Source: Acidimicrobiia bacterium
GTDB taxonomy: Bacteria > Actinomycetota > Acidimicrobiia > IMCC26256 > JAENVU01
Direction of reading: 5' to 3'
Length of the DNA stretch: 64,000 nucleotides
NCBI GenBank assembly: GCA_038252255.1
Contig: JBBSAM010000021.1
Span: 10,293 to 74,292, forward strand
Shown: positions 17,543-28,122 of the stretch, piece by piece
Numbering within the stretch: position 1 is the first letter of the stretch
Layout: the number at the start of each line of letters is the position of its first letter
The notes under the pieces: generated by a model
Database searches by the model: none
Seen by the model: the letters and a program-made list of their open reading frames with translations, nothing else
Told to the model about the DNA's origin: nothing
Translations under genes and position numbers: made by a program

Positions 17543-20251
17543 TCAGGCAGGTGAGCGGAGACGGCGGACTTCGGCGGTCGGGTGCTCGGCAGTACGGGCG
17601 ACGTGGATCTTGACGTCGACTGCCACGACGCCGTCCGCGCGCACGACCACCGGATTGCAGTCGAGCTCGCGCACCTGGGGGAGCTCGTCGGCGAGCATCC
17701 CGATGCGCAGCAGCACGTCCTCGAGCGCGGCGACGTCGGCCGGCGCGGCACCGCGGTAACCGAAGAGCAACGGTGACGAGTGCAACGAGCGGACGAGCTC
17801 GGACGCGTCGACGTCGGTGAGCGGCACGAGGCGCAGCGCCGTGTCGCGGACCAGCTCGGCCGCCACCCCGCCCATGCCGAACAGCACGAGCGGCCCGAAG
17901 CTCGGATCCTGGGTCACTCCGACGATGGTCTCGACCCCCGGCTCGACCATCCGCTGCACCACCACTCCGCCGAGGGAGGTGCCCAGCCTGCTCGCCATCG
18001 TCTCGTACGCACGCCGCACGTCGTCCTCGGTCTCGAGGCCCAGGACGACGCCGCCGACGTCCGTCTTGTGAATGATCGCCCCGGCTCCGGCCTTGAGCGC
18101 AACCGGGAAGCCGACGGCGGTTGCGGCGGCCGCGGCCGCCCCGGCCGAGTCGGCATGGCGCAGGGGGGCGACCGGGATCCCGAAGGCCGAGCACAGCGCG
18201 GTGGCCTGCTCCGGTGCCAACCACACGTCGTCGCGATCGTGGAGCGCCTCGGCGACGAGCGTGTGGGCGGCGGGTCGGTCGATCCCGGCGAGGTGCGGGA
18301 CCTCGCCCTCGGGCCGGCGGGACCATTCGGCATGGTCGGCCGCGCGGCCGAGTGCGGCGGCCGCGGCTTCCGGAAAGGTGAAGCACGGGATGGCCCGCCG
18401 GTCGCCCTCCGGCGCCTGCAGGATCTCCGGTGCGTTCGCCGCGGTGAGAAAGCACGCCACCACCGGTTTGGTCCCGGCATCGTCGGCCGCGGCGACGATC
18501 GCTCGGGCGACGTCGTCCGAGTCGGTGACGAGCGGCGGGACGAAGATCGCGATTACCGCGTCGATGGCGTCGTCGGCGAGCACCGTGCGTAACGCGCGCT
18601 CATAGGTCTCGGCGGTTGCCGACGCGATGAGATCGATCGGGTTCGACACCGAGGCGTCCGGCGACACGAAGCTGCGAAGCGTTGATTGCGTTGCGGGATC
18701 GAGCAAGGAGACCTCGAGCCCCGCGCCTTCGCACGCATCGGACGCCAGGATGCCCGGACCGCCACCGTTCGAGACGATGGCGACGCGCCGTCCGGCCGGG
18801 AGCGGCTGGTGCACGAAGACCTGCGCCGCGTCGAGGAGCTCGGCCAGCGTGTCGACCCGGGTCACGCCGGCCTGGCGGAAGAGCGCGTCGGTCGCGGTGT
18901 CGGACGACGCGAGTGCGGCGGTGTGCGACGCGGCGGCCCGCGAACCCGCGCTGGTGCGCCCACTCTTCACCGCGAGGATCGGCTTGCCGCGACCGACGCG
19001 GCGGGCGAGCCGGGCGAACTTGCGCGGGTTTCCGAACGACTCGAGGTAGAGCAGGATCACCTTCGTTGCCGGATCGTGGTCCCAGTACTGCAGGAGGTCG
19101 TTGCTGCTCACGTCCGCCTTGTTGCCCATGGACACGAACGTCGAGATGCCGAGGCCGAGCCCGGCCGCCTGGCCCAGCAGCTCGATGCCGAGCGCACCGG
19201 ACTGCGACGCGAAGCCGATCTGGCCCCGCACCGGTGCGAACGGTGCGAAGGTCGCGTTCATCGACACCTCGGGGTGCGTGTTCACCACGCCCATGCCGTT
19301 CGGCCCCACGAGCCGCATCCCGTGGCGCCGGGCCAGCTCGACGAGCTCCTGCTCGGTCTCGGCGCTGCCGCGCTCGGCGAACCCGGCGCTGATGACGATC
19401 AGGCCGTGCACACCTTTGTCCGCGCACTGCTCCACGACCTCCGCCACGGACTCGGCCGGGACGGTCACCACGGCCAGATCGACGTGCTCGGGCACATCCA
19501 GGATCGTCGGGTAGGCGCGCACGCTCGCGACCGATGGCGCGTGGGCGTTGACCGGGAACACGGGGCCGGTGAACTGGGCGTTCAGCAGGTTGCGGAAGAC
19601 CTCGTGGCCGATCGTGCCGGGCCGGCGGCCCGCGCCGATCACCGCGATCGACTCGGGTGCGAGCAGCCGGCGGACGGATCTCGCCTCGGAGATCTGCTCG
19701 CGTTCGTCCTGCACCGCTTGCGATGCTTCGGTCGGGTTGATGGGGAACGCAACATGGACGACGCCATCCGCGAACCGTCGAACGACCTCGTACCCCGCGT
19801 CGCGGAGCACGCCGAGCATGCGCCGGTTGTTCGGCAGCGTCTCGGCCACGAACGTTTCGATGCCCCGTGTGCGCGCAATCGCCGCGAGATGCTCGAGCAT
19901 GATCGTGGCCAGCCCGCGACCCTGCTGGTCGTCCTGCACCGTGAACGCGACCTCGGCCTGGTTTGCGCCGGGCTCCCGGTCGTAGCGCGCGACCGCGACG
20001 ATGTCGTCGCCCAGCTCCGCGACGAGCGCCATGCGCGTGTCGTAGTCGACCGCGACGAGATGCTCGAGCCGTCGCGCGGTGGGCCGCGACACCGGAGAGA
20101 AGAACCGCATGTACAGCGACTCGCTCGAGAGTCGCTCGAAGAGCCCGATCAGCGCGTGATCGTCGTCCAAGCGGATCGGGCGGAGATGCACGGTGCCGCC
20201 GTCGCTCAGTACGACGTCCGACTCCCATTCGGCGGGGTAACGATCGTCCAC
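17543..20251 (-). CDS. GNAT + ADP-forming acyl-CoA synthetase fusion (Pat-type lysine acetyltransferase)
   Basis: N-terminal GNAT (QGRGLA), CoA-binding domain, GPNGMG, SQSGALG, GNKADV, SHT, HKTDVGGV, ATP-grasp. Confidence 0.92.
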   Translation of the reverse strand: MDDRYPAEWESDVVLSDGGTVHLRPIRLDDDHALIGLFERLSSESLYMRFFSPVSRPTARRLEHLVAVDYDTRMALVAELGDDIVAVARYDREPGANQAEVAFTVQDDQQGRGLATIMLEHLAAIARTRGIETFVAETLPNNRRMLGVLRDAGYEVVRRFADGVVHVAFPINPTEASQAVQDEREQISEARSVRRLLAPESIAVIGAGRRPGTIGHEVFRNLLNAQFTGPVFPVNAHAPSVASVRAYPTILDVPEHVDLAVVTVPAESVAEVVEQCADKGVHGLIVISAGFAERGSAETEQELVELARRHGMRLVGPNGMGVVNTHPEVSMNATFAPFAPVRGQIGFASQSGALGIELLGQAAGLGLGISTFVSMGNKADVSSNDLLQYWDHDPATKVILLYLESFGNPRKFARLARRVGRGKPILAVKSGRTSAGSRAAASHTAALASSDTATDALFRQAGVTRVDTLAELLDAAQVFVHQPLPAGRRVAIVSNGGGPGILASDACEGAGLEVSLLDPATQSTLRSFVSPDASVSNPIDLIASATAETYERALRTVLADDAIDAVIAIFVPPLVTDSDDVARAIVAAADDAGTKPVVACFLTAANAPEILQAPEGDRRAIPCFTFPEAAAAALGRAADHAEWSRRPEGEVPHLAGIDRPAAHTLVAEALHDRDDVWLAPEQATALCSAFGIPVAPLRHADSAGAAAAAATAVGFPVALKAGAGAIIHKTDVGGVVLGLETEDDVRRAYETMASRLGTSLGGVVVQRMVEPGVETIVGVTQDPSFGPLVLFGMGGVAAELVRDTALRLVPLTDVDASELVRSLHSSPLLFGYRGAAPADVAALEDVLLRIGMLADELPQVRELDCNPVVVRADGVVAVDVKIHVARTAEHPTAEVRRLRSPA

Positions 20252-20312
20252 TGCCGGGGAGGATAGAGGCGAACGCCCCGGTCGGTTGCAGGCGCCGCAC
20301 TAGCGTCGGGGC

Positions 20313-22721
20313 GTGGCCGTCACGCCTCCCTCCCGGGCGCATCCGTCAGCCGGGGGACTTTCCGGGCCGGCGTCCGGGACCGAACACGTCACTGGTCCGG
20401 ACGGACTCACCGCGGCCGAAGTCTCCGAGCGGGTGGCGCGCGGTGAGACCAACACGAGCGCCGAGCGCACGAGCCGGACCCTGACCGAGATCGTTCGGGC
20501 GAACGTCTTCACCCGTTTCAACGCGATCCTGGGAACGATGCTCGGGCTGATCCTCGTGTTCGGATCACCCGCGGACGGTCTGTTCGGCATCGTCCTGATC
20601 GTGAACTCCCTGATCGGCATCGTGCAGGAGTACCGGGCCAAGCTCACCCTCGACCGGCTCGCCGTGCTCAGCGCACCGGTGGCCCGCGTGGTCCGTGACG
20701 GGACGTTGAACGAGATCGCGGTGGACCGGGTGGTGCTCGACGACCTGCTCGAGCTCCGGACGGGTGACCAGGTGCCGGCCGATGGCTTCGTGCACGCGTC
20801 GGACGGGCTCGAGCTGGACGAGTCGCTGTTGACCGGCGAGTCGGACCCGATCCTGAAGCACCCCGACGACCAGGTCCTTTCCGGTGCGATCGTCGTGGCC
20901 GGAAGCGGCCGGTTCCAGGCGACGGCGGTCGGCGACGCCGCCTACGCGCGCCAGCTCGCGGCGGAGGCGCGCCGGTTCACCGTCACCCACTCGGAGCTGG
21001 TCGCCGGCATCAACGAGATCCTGAAGTACGTGACCTGGGTGCTGGTGATCGTCGGACCCCTGCTGTTCTTCCGTCAGCTGCAGGACCAGACCTTGTCGAA
21101 CGCGATCAGTGGTGCAGTCGCCGGTGTCGTGGGCATGGTGCCCGAGGGTCTCGTGCTCCTGACCAGCATTGCCTTCGGACTCGCCGCCGTGACGCTCGCC
21201 CGGCGCAAGGTGCTCGTCCAGGAGCTCCCGGCGGTGGAGGGTCTCGCGCGCGTCGATGTGGTCTGCCTCGACAAGACCGGGACTCTCACCGAGGGAATCG
21301 TCGAATTCGAGCGGATCGAGCTGCTCGACGCGGGCACTGACGAGGCGCTCGTCGGCGCGGCACTGGGCGCGATGAGCAATGCCGAAGGAGGCAACGCCAC
21401 CCAGGACGCGATTGCCGGTGCGTTCCCGGCCCCGGCGGATTGGGCCCGGGACGGGTTCGTACCGTTCTCGTCGGCGCGGAAGTGGAGCGCGGCCAGCTAT
21501 GGGAGTGACGGCACGTGGGTGCTCGGGGCGCCGGAGATGGTGTGGCTCGACAGCTCGGATCCCGTGCGTCGCACAGCCGACGAGCTGGCCGCCACGGGCA
21601 ACCGCGTCCTGCTCCTCGCCCGCGGCGATGCGCTCGCGGCCGAAGAGCTCCCATCCGGACTTCGGGCCGCCGCACTCGTCCTGCTCCAGGAGAAGGTGCG
21701 GGGCGACGCAGCCGAGACGCTCGGCTACTTCCACGAACAGGGTGTCGCGCTGAAGGTGATCTCCGGTGACAACCCGCGAACGGTGGGCGCGGTCGCGCGG
21801 CGGGTCGGGCTGCCCGACGGCGGTGAGCCGGTCGACGCCCGCGACCTTCCCGAGGACATCGACGAGATCGCGGAGGTGCTCGAGCACCACTCCGTCTTCG
21901 GCCGGGTGACGCCGCAGCAGAAGCGCCAGATGGTGAAGGCACTCCAGTCCCGTGGTCACGTGGTGGCGATGACCGGCGACGGCGTGAACGACGCGCTCGC
22001 GCTGAAGGACGCCGACATCGGCGTCGCGATGGGTTCCGGCGCGGCGGCAACCCGGGCGGTGGCCCAACTCGTGTTGCTCGACAGCTCGTTCGCGACCCTT
22101 CCGGGAGTGGTCGCCGAGGGGCGCCGGGTCATTGCGAACATCGAGCGGGTCTCGAACCTCTTCCTCACCAAGACGACCTACGCGGCCCTGCTGGCGATCC
22201 TCACGGTGATCATCGGTTGGCCGTACCCGTTCCTTCCTCGCCACCTGACGATCGTGAGTGCGCTGACGATCGGGATCCCGGCGTTCTTCCTCGCCTTCGC
22301 ACCGAGCACGCAGCGCTACGTACCGGGATTCGTCCGGCGAGTGCTGCGCTTCGCGATTCCCGCCGGGATCGTCATCGCCGCTTCGGTGGCGATCACGTAT
22401 GCGTTGGCCCGAGAAGAGACCGTGGGGACGCGAGAGGCCCGCACGATCACCACGGTCGTGCTCATGGTGCTCGGGCTGTACGTGCTCGGAATGCTGGCTC
22501 GGCCGTTCACGCGCTACCGCGCGGTCCTACTCCTGGCGATGATCGGCCTGTTCCTCGGTGCGCTCGCAATCCCATTGGCACGTGACTTCTATGCGCTCTC
22601 GCTGCCATCGCTCGACGTGGTCGCGAGCGGGCTGGCCATCGCGGCCGGCGGATGTGTCGCGCTCGAGATCGGCACCCGAGCGGTGAGCTGTTGGAGCAAC
22701 GCCCGCGCCGTGCCTGCGTAG
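20313..22721 (+). CDS. P-type ATPase (CtpE-like, HAD-IC)
   Basis: LTGES, PEGL, DKTGTLT, SGDN, MTGDGVND. Confidence 0.95.
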   Translation: MAVTPPSRAHPSAGGLSGPASGTEHVTGPDGLTAAEVSERVARGETNTSAERTSRTLTEIVRANVFTRFNAILGTMLGLILVFGSPADGLFGIVLIVNSLIGIVQEYRAKLTLDRLAVLSAPVARVVRDGTLNEIAVDRVVLDDLLELRTGDQVPADGFVHASDGLELDESLLTGESDPILKHPDDQVLSGAIVVAGSGRFQATAVGDAAYARQLAAEARRFTVTHSELVAGINEILKYVTWVLVIVGPLLFFRQLQDQTLSNAISGAVAGVVGMVPEGLVLLTSIAFGLAAVTLARRKVLVQELPAVEGLARVDVVCLDKTGTLTEGIVEFERIELLDAGTDEALVGAALGAMSNAEGGNATQDAIAGAFPAPADWARDGFVPFSSARKWSAASYGSDGTWVLGAPEMVWLDSSDPVRRTADELAATGNRVLLLARGDALAAEELPSGLRAAALVLLQEKVRGDAAETLGYFHEQGVALKVISGDNPRTVGAVARRVGLPDGGEPVDARDLPEDIDEIAEVLEHHSVFGRVTPQQKRQMVKALQSRGHVVAMTGDGVNDALALKDADIGVAMGSGAAATRAVAQLVLLDSSFATLPGVVAEGRRVIANIERVSNLFLTKTTYAALLAILTVIIGWPYPFLPRHLTIVSALTIGIPAFFLAFAPSTQRYVPGFVRRVLRFAIPAGIVIAASVAITYALAREETVGTREARTITTVVLMVLGLYVLGMLARPFTRYRAVLLLAMIGLFLGALAIPLARDFYALSLPSLDVVASGLAIAAGGCVALEIGTRAVSCWSNARAVPA

Positions 22722-22732
22722 CGAATTGCGCG

Positions 22733-23713
22733 CTACAACCAGCCCTTCTTCTTGAACTGGACCCAGAGCAGCACGGTCGCGATCGCCATGGTCGCGAGCG
22801 CGATGAAGTAGCCGAAGTGCCAGTGCAGCTCGGGCATGTAGCGGAAGTTCATCCCGTAGATCCCGGCGATGAGGGTGGACACCAGCAGGATCGCGCCGTA
22901 GCTCGACGTCTTCTTCATGACGTCGTTCATCCGGTTCGAGACCACCGCCAGGTGTGCTTCGAGCAGGCCGGTGAGCAGGTCGCGCTGCGACTCGATGAGA
23001 TCGGCGATGCGCAGCGAGTGGTCGTAGACGTCCTGCATGAGGACGATCGACTCCGGACCGATCCACTCGACCTCGCGGCGCAGCAGGCTCGAGATCACCT
23101 CACGAAGAGGAGCCGCGGCGCGCCGGAACTGCACGAGGCTCCGACGGAGCGTGAACACCTCTTGGGGTATCGCATCGTGGCGGTTGACGCCGAACACGAT
23201 CTCCTCGATGTCATCCAGGCGTTCGTCGACGAGATCCGTGATCGTGAAGTACTGGTCGACGATCACGTCCAGCAGCGCCCAGAGCGAGCACCCGAGATCG
23301 TCGTTGTCACACTCGAGCCGGATGCGGGCGAAGCGGCGGTTGACCTCGGTGAGCTCCATGGGTTCGGCGCCCTCGACCGGTTGGCTGACCGAGAGGAGCC
23401 AGTCCTCGCCGAAGACGACGTCCACCTCCCGGACCAAGAGGTGATCGTCCTTGACTTCGACCGCGTGCACCGCGACGTGCCAGTGACTGCCGTAGCGCTC
23501 GAGCTTGGTGCGCTGATTCGCGTTGCGAAGGTCGTCGAGCGCGAGCGGGTGGATCGGAAGCGTCTCGGCCAGGTAATTGAGCTCGTCTCCGGTGAAGTCG
23601 ACGGCCTCGACGACGAGGAGCGTGCCCTTCCCGGCCCGTGCCCCGCCGAGGTCCTTCACGGCGACGGGTTCGCTCTCCGAGACGCCCTGCCGGAACCGCC
23701 GGGCCTCGATCAT
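22733..23713 (-). CDS. corA: CorA Mg2+/Co2+ transporter
   Basis: HPLALDD, YGMNF signature, MPEL. Confidence 0.93.
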   Translation of the reverse strand: MIEARRFRQGVSESEPVAVKDLGGARAGKGTLLVVEAVDFTGDELNYLAETLPIHPLALDDLRNANQRTKLERYGSHWHVAVHAVEVKDDHLLVREVDVVFGEDWLLSVSQPVEGAEPMELTEVNRRFARIRLECDNDDLGCSLWALLDVIVDQYFTITDLVDERLDDIEEIVFGVNRHDAIPQEVFTLRRSLVQFRRAAAPLREVISSLLRREVEWIGPESIVLMQDVYDHSLRIADLIESQRDLLTGLLEAHLAVVSNRMNDVMKKTSSYGAILLVSTLIAGIYGMNFRYMPELHWHFGYFIALATMAIATVLLWVQFKKKGWL

Positions 23714-23761
23714 GGGTCCGTAGCCTACGGCCGCCCGCCCCGGAGCTGGTGACGCTCGCGC

Positions 23762-25609
23762 TCAGCCGGTCGGTGCCGGAGCGGCCGGAGCGGCCGGAGC
23801 CGCCGGTGGGGGTGCAGCACCTGTCCCGCGAGCGATCTTGGTCGGTGAGGCCGCGTAGTGCTCGACGTACCGCTCCCGCTTCTCGGGTTGGCCCGGGACG
23901 TCGATGATCCGGAAGTTCTCGACGACGTAGCCCGTGTGGCCTGTCGCCAGCGTCTTCTGGGTCCCTGCGGGCAGGGTCGGATCGTCGACGTACTGCGGAG
24001 GGGAGGGGATCGTCTGGAGGATGTGCGGACCCTCCGCGTGGCACGACCGGCCGTCCTTGTTGCCGTAGAACGCGATCGTGATCGAGCTCGATCCGGCGAA
24101 GCTGCGGATGAGGATGCCCGAGTTGGAGTCGTTGCGGAACTGGTTGTCGATGGACGGGTAGTTCAGCGTCGCCTCGCGACCCATCGGATACCGCGAGATG
24201 TACAGCGCGTGGACGGTGTGGGTCACGTCCTGGTAGCAACCGAAGAACGTCGCGTTGTAGAGCGTCGTCGACACCTGGCTCACCCCGCCGCCGACCGCGG
24301 GCTCGAGTGACAGGTCGGCACCGATGGCGGGTGCCTCCACGTATCCCTTGTCGAGCGTGCGCGGACCGAGCGCGTTGTTGAGCGAGAACGTCTGACCGGG
24401 GAGAACGATCGTCCCGTCGATGACGGACGAGGCCTTCTGGATGTTCTTCACGCGGGGTTCGCCGGAGGTGAAGGAGGTCGTGTACGACGAGACGAGCTCG
24501 GTGATGTTGAGCTTCTGGGCCCACCCGGTGGTGCGAGCAGGTTGGGTATCCACGACGAGAGCCGCGAAGGAGTGGTTGCCGCGCGCGATCTCTTTGCCGA
24601 CCGCATCGAGATCGACGAGCTTCCCGACCACCGCCGGTACCACGGACACCGCATTGCCGTTGGTAGCGAACGTGGCGTCCTTGGGTGGCACCTCGAAGAG
24701 TCCGAGCGGCGGACCGAACGCGGCTCGGAGCTTCGCGCTGTCCGAGCGCAACACCAGACGACCGTCGATGATGCCGGCGGAGAGTGTCGTTGCCACCTGT
24801 TCGGGCGTCAGCACCAACCGTGCCGCTCCGACGCTCACCGTCACCGGGGCGGCGAGCACGGCACGTGCTTGACGCGCGACGCGCTGCACATCCACCTGGT
24901 CCACCGCGGGCGCCGTGGGCCCGATCGAGAGCGTTCCCGCGTCGCTCTCCCCCCGGCCCAGTGCGGCCAGCAGCTGCCGCCGAGCCTGCGCGCGGCGGAT
25001 CCCGGTGCCCGACTTCGGTGGGATCTCGACCACCTGGGTGCCGACGAAGCGCAACCCACCGTCCTCCAGACCCTTGCCGGTCCGGGAGACCCAACTGTCG
25101 AGCACCGCGTCGAGTCGGTCTTCGTCGATCCGCAACACGAACGGAACGTGGTCCTGCCGGAAGCGGCGAAGTACGGTGCCGCTCAGCTGGTCCAGCGGAT
25201 TGTGACTCCGCCCGGCTCGGCGGGCCGCACGCACGCTCGCCCGCTCGTTCACGTGCAGCCCGATCGCGCTCGGGTCGACCGTCAGCTCCGTGCTGCCCGC
25301 CTTCACGCGGATCGGGGTGCTCTCGAGCCGCGCTGCGCTCCGACGGATCGCGGCAAGGGCTTCCGGCTCGGACATCCCACTCGCGTCGACGCTGCCGACT
25401 CGCACGCCCGGAAGCACGTCGCTGTGCTCGACGATGCGCTCGATCAGCGAGAGGCCGACGAGCACGAAGAGCACACCCATGACGCCGAGCACGACCAGTC
25501 CGGTCCGCTGGGTGCTCCAGGCGCGCGCCAACGCGGCTCGCCCGCGGGGTTCGAGCGGCGGGAGCGTTGAGCCGGAGCGCGGCGGGGAAGTGGGGCTTTC
25601 GACGCTCAG
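23762..25609 (-). CDS. VanW family protein (membrane anchor, PG-binding-4, VanW, G5-like); start uncertain, possibly CTG
   Basis: NI..A..IDGTIVLPGQTFSLN, GGGVSQVSTTLYNA, YPMGREAT; TAATTT -10 8 nt upstream of in-frame CTG at 25609. Confidence 0.85.
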   Translation of the reverse strand: MSVESPTSPPRSGSTLPPLEPRGRAALARAWSTQRTGLVVLGVMGVLFVLVGLSLIERIVEHSDVLPGVRVGSVDASGMSEPEALAAIRRSAARLESTPIRVKAGSTELTVDPSAIGLHVNERASVRAARRAGRSHNPLDQLSGTVLRRFRQDHVPFVLRIDEDRLDAVLDSWVSRTGKGLEDGGLRFVGTQVVEIPPKSGTGIRRAQARRQLLAALGRGESDAGTLSIGPTAPAVDQVDVQRVARQARAVLAAPVTVSVGAARLVLTPEQVATTLSAGIIDGRLVLRSDSAKLRAAFGPPLGLFEVPPKDATFATNGNAVSVVPAVVGKLVDLDAVGKEIARGNHSFAALVVDTQPARTTGWAQKLNITELVSSYTTSFTSGEPRVKNIQKASSVIDGTIVLPGQTFSLNNALGPRTLDKGYVEAPAIGADLSLEPAVGGGVSQVSTTLYNATFFGCYQDVTHTVHALYISRYPMGREATLNYPSIDNQFRNDSNSGILIRSFAGSSSITIAFYGNKDGRSCHAEGPHILQTIPSPPQYVDDPTLPAGTQKTLATGHTGYVVENFRIIDVPGQPEKRERYVEHYAASPTKIARGTGAAPPPAAPAAPAAPAPTG

Positions 25610-25727
25610 AGCCGAACAAATTACCGGCTCGGGGACATGGCGCTGGTGTCGGGCACAACCCGCCCGAACGGGCCGGGCGCCGGCTGCCCCGGGTACGCTC
25701 CCGCGGACCGACCCGGAGGTGCTTCCC

Positions 25728-27005
25728 GTGGCCATCGAGAGCCCATCACGCAACGCCGAAGAGCTGCGCGACATGACTCGCCAGTGGCTCCGGGACGAGC
25801 TGCCGCCGGGATGGATGGACGCGATCGACGCCGGTGACGCCGGCACCGTCGCCGCGCTGCGCAGCGGGCTCGACTACTCGGATTGGTGCGTGCGGTTCGG
25901 CGAGGCGGGCTACGCGACCCCCACCTGGCCCGCGGAGTACGGCGCCGGCCTCTCCCTCTCACCCGCCGACGCGCGCTTCGTGAACGAGGTGCTCAACCAT
26001 TACAAGGTGCCGCGGCCCTTCAACATCATCGGCATCGGCATGGGTGGCCCCACCGTCATGGCCTGGGGCACCGAGGAGATGAAGCACCGGCTCCTGCGGC
26101 CGTTGGCCTGTAACCAGGAGATCTGGTGCCAGCTGTTCAGCGAGCCCGGCGCCGGCTCGGACGTCGCCGGGCTGGCGACGCGTGCCGTGCGCGACGGCGA
26201 TGAGTGGGTGGTGAACGGCCAGAAGGTCTGGACGACGGTCGCGCAGCTCTCGAAGTGGGGCATGCTGCTGTGCCGCACCAACCCGGACGTACCGAAGCAC
26301 AGCGGGCTCTCGTACTTCGTCGTCGACATGGAGCAGCCGGGGGTGGAGGTGCGGCCGCTGGTGCAGATCACCGGTGACTCGGAGTTCAACGAAGTGTTCT
26401 TCAACGATGCGCGCGTTCGCCACGACTGGATGCTCGGTCGCGAGGGCGACGGGTGGAAGGTCGCGATCACGACGCTCATGAACGAGCGCGTCTCGCTCTC
26501 GGGTGCCGGTTCGATCGGTGGTGACGCGGTGGGCGGGAGCCCGCTCGACCGGCTCCTGGACCGGCACCGGGGCATCGCCGACCCGATCGCGCGCCAGCGG
26601 CTCGCCGGCGCGTACATCGAGAGCCGCCTGATCCGCCTCAACAACCAGCGCGCGGGCGACAAGCGCAAGAGCGGTGCCGAAGCCGGGCCGGAAGGGTCCA
26701 TCACGAAGCTGCAGCAGGCCGAGTTCAACCAGCGGCTGCAGAAGCTCGCGCTGGATCTCGAAGGAGCGGGCGGCGTGGCGTGGGACGGCGAGAACCTCTC
26801 CAAGACCGTGCGGGCCGGGCGGGCACCGCAGATCGATCCGGACGCGTCCGTCGCGTTCGGGTTCCTGCGGGCGCAGGCGAACACGATCGAGGGCGGGACG
26901 TCCGACATCATGCGCAACATCCTCGGGGAGCGGGTGCTCGGTCTCCCGAAGGACCCGGACAACTCCCGGGAGCTTCCCTGGAGCGAGGTGCCGCGCTCCG
27001 GCTAG
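25728..27005 (+). CDS. Acyl-CoA dehydrogenase
   Basis: WCQLFSEPGAGSD, NGQKVWTT, FNEVF, TIEGGTSDIMRN. Confidence 0.95.
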   Translation: MAIESPSRNAEELRDMTRQWLRDELPPGWMDAIDAGDAGTVAALRSGLDYSDWCVRFGEAGYATPTWPAEYGAGLSLSPADARFVNEVLNHYKVPRPFNIIGIGMGGPTVMAWGTEEMKHRLLRPLACNQEIWCQLFSEPGAGSDVAGLATRAVRDGDEWVVNGQKVWTTVAQLSKWGMLLCRTNPDVPKHSGLSYFVVDMEQPGVEVRPLVQITGDSEFNEVFFNDARVRHDWMLGREGDGWKVAITTLMNERVSLSGAGSIGGDAVGGSPLDRLLDRHRGIADPIARQRLAGAYIESRLIRLNNQRAGDKRKSGAEAGPEGSITKLQQAEFNQRLQKLALDLEGAGGVAWDGENLSKTVRAGRAPQIDPDASVAFGFLRAQANTIEGGTSDIMRNILGERVLGLPKDPDNSRELPWSEVPRSG

Positions 27006-27027
27006 CGGCGAGCGCGAGCATCACGAC

Positions 27028-28110
27028 GTGGATCCGAACCTCGAGCACTTCCTGCTCGAACGTGGCGCGACTCCTGACGAGATCAAGCAGGCCGAGTCCG
27101 AGGGCTGGCTGACCCTCCTCACGATCGACCGGTCGCTGTTCGAGACGGCTGCGGTCTTCTCCCGCCAGGAGGTGGCAGAGCAGTCCGGGGTGGATCCCGA
27201 GGTGTCGGTGCGCCTCTGGCGCGCGTTGGGGTTCGCCGATGTCCCGGAGGGCGCTCCGGTGTTCACCCAGGAGTCGATCAACGTGCTGCGCACGTTGCAG
27301 CAACGGGTCGAAGCCTGGTTCATGCGCCGCGACGACCGGCAGGTGGATCCCATCGAGACGCTCGTACGGCAGGTCCGGGCCCTGAGCGGCGGTTTCGCCC
27401 GCGTCGCTGAGGCGCTCACCGATTCGATCGTCGACTCGGTGGAGGCAGCTCGGGCCGGCGGGCTCGATGACGGGACGATCGCCGCGGTCTACACCGAGAA
27501 CCTGGAGTGGGAATCGCTCTCCCGTATCTTCGACTACGTGCTGCGGCTGCAGATGCGGGATGCGCTGTGGCGCAAGCTCGCCATCGACGACGTGTCTGCC
27601 ACGCGACCAACGCTCGCGGTCGGGTTCCTCGACCTCGTTGGCTACACCGCGCTGAGCCAGGTGCTCGACGACGACGAGCTCGGCGCGCTGGTGTCCCGGT
27701 TCGAGGAGCTCACCCATGACACGATCGCGGAGCTCGGCGGACGGTTGGTGAAGACGATCGGCGACGAGGTGATGTTCGTGTCCGAGTCGCCGGTCGTCAC
27801 CGCCCGGATCGCCTTGCGCCTCACCGAGCGGACGGGTGACGACGCGGTGCTCCCGAACGCGCGTGCGGGTCTGGCGTACGGGTCGGTGGTCTCCCGGGAG
27901 GGCGACTACTACGGGCCGATCGTGAACCTGGCCCACCGGCTCATCGAGCTGGCGTATCCGGGGACGATCCTCGCCTCCGGTGCGCTCCACGACGCCGTCG
28001 GGGCGGACCCTTCCTTCGCCTGGGGGCGGTCGCGAAATCGCAAGATTCGTGACATCGGGCGGGTCGAGACCTGGCCCCTGCGGGCGGGAGAACCGGTACC
28101 CGCGGGGTAG
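27028..28110 (+). CDS. Class III adenylate cyclase with N-terminal regulatory domain
   Basis: LWRALGF, GFLDLVGYT, KTIGDEVM, DYYGPIVNLAHR. Confidence 0.92.
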   Translation: MDPNLEHFLLERGATPDEIKQAESEGWLTLLTIDRSLFETAAVFSRQEVAEQSGVDPEVSVRLWRALGFADVPEGAPVFTQESINVLRTLQQRVEAWFMRRDDRQVDPIETLVRQVRALSGGFARVAEALTDSIVDSVEAARAGGLDDGTIAAVYTENLEWESLSRIFDYVLRLQMRDALWRKLAIDDVSATRPTLAVGFLDLVGYTALSQVLDDDELGALVSRFEELTHDTIAELGGRLVKTIGDEVMFVSESPVVTARIALRLTERTGDDAVLPNARAGLAYGSVVSREGDYYGPIVNLAHRLIELAYPGTILASGALHDAVGADPSFAWGRSRNRKIRDIGRVETWPLRAGEPVPAG

Positions 28111-28122
28111 CGTTGCGCTCAC

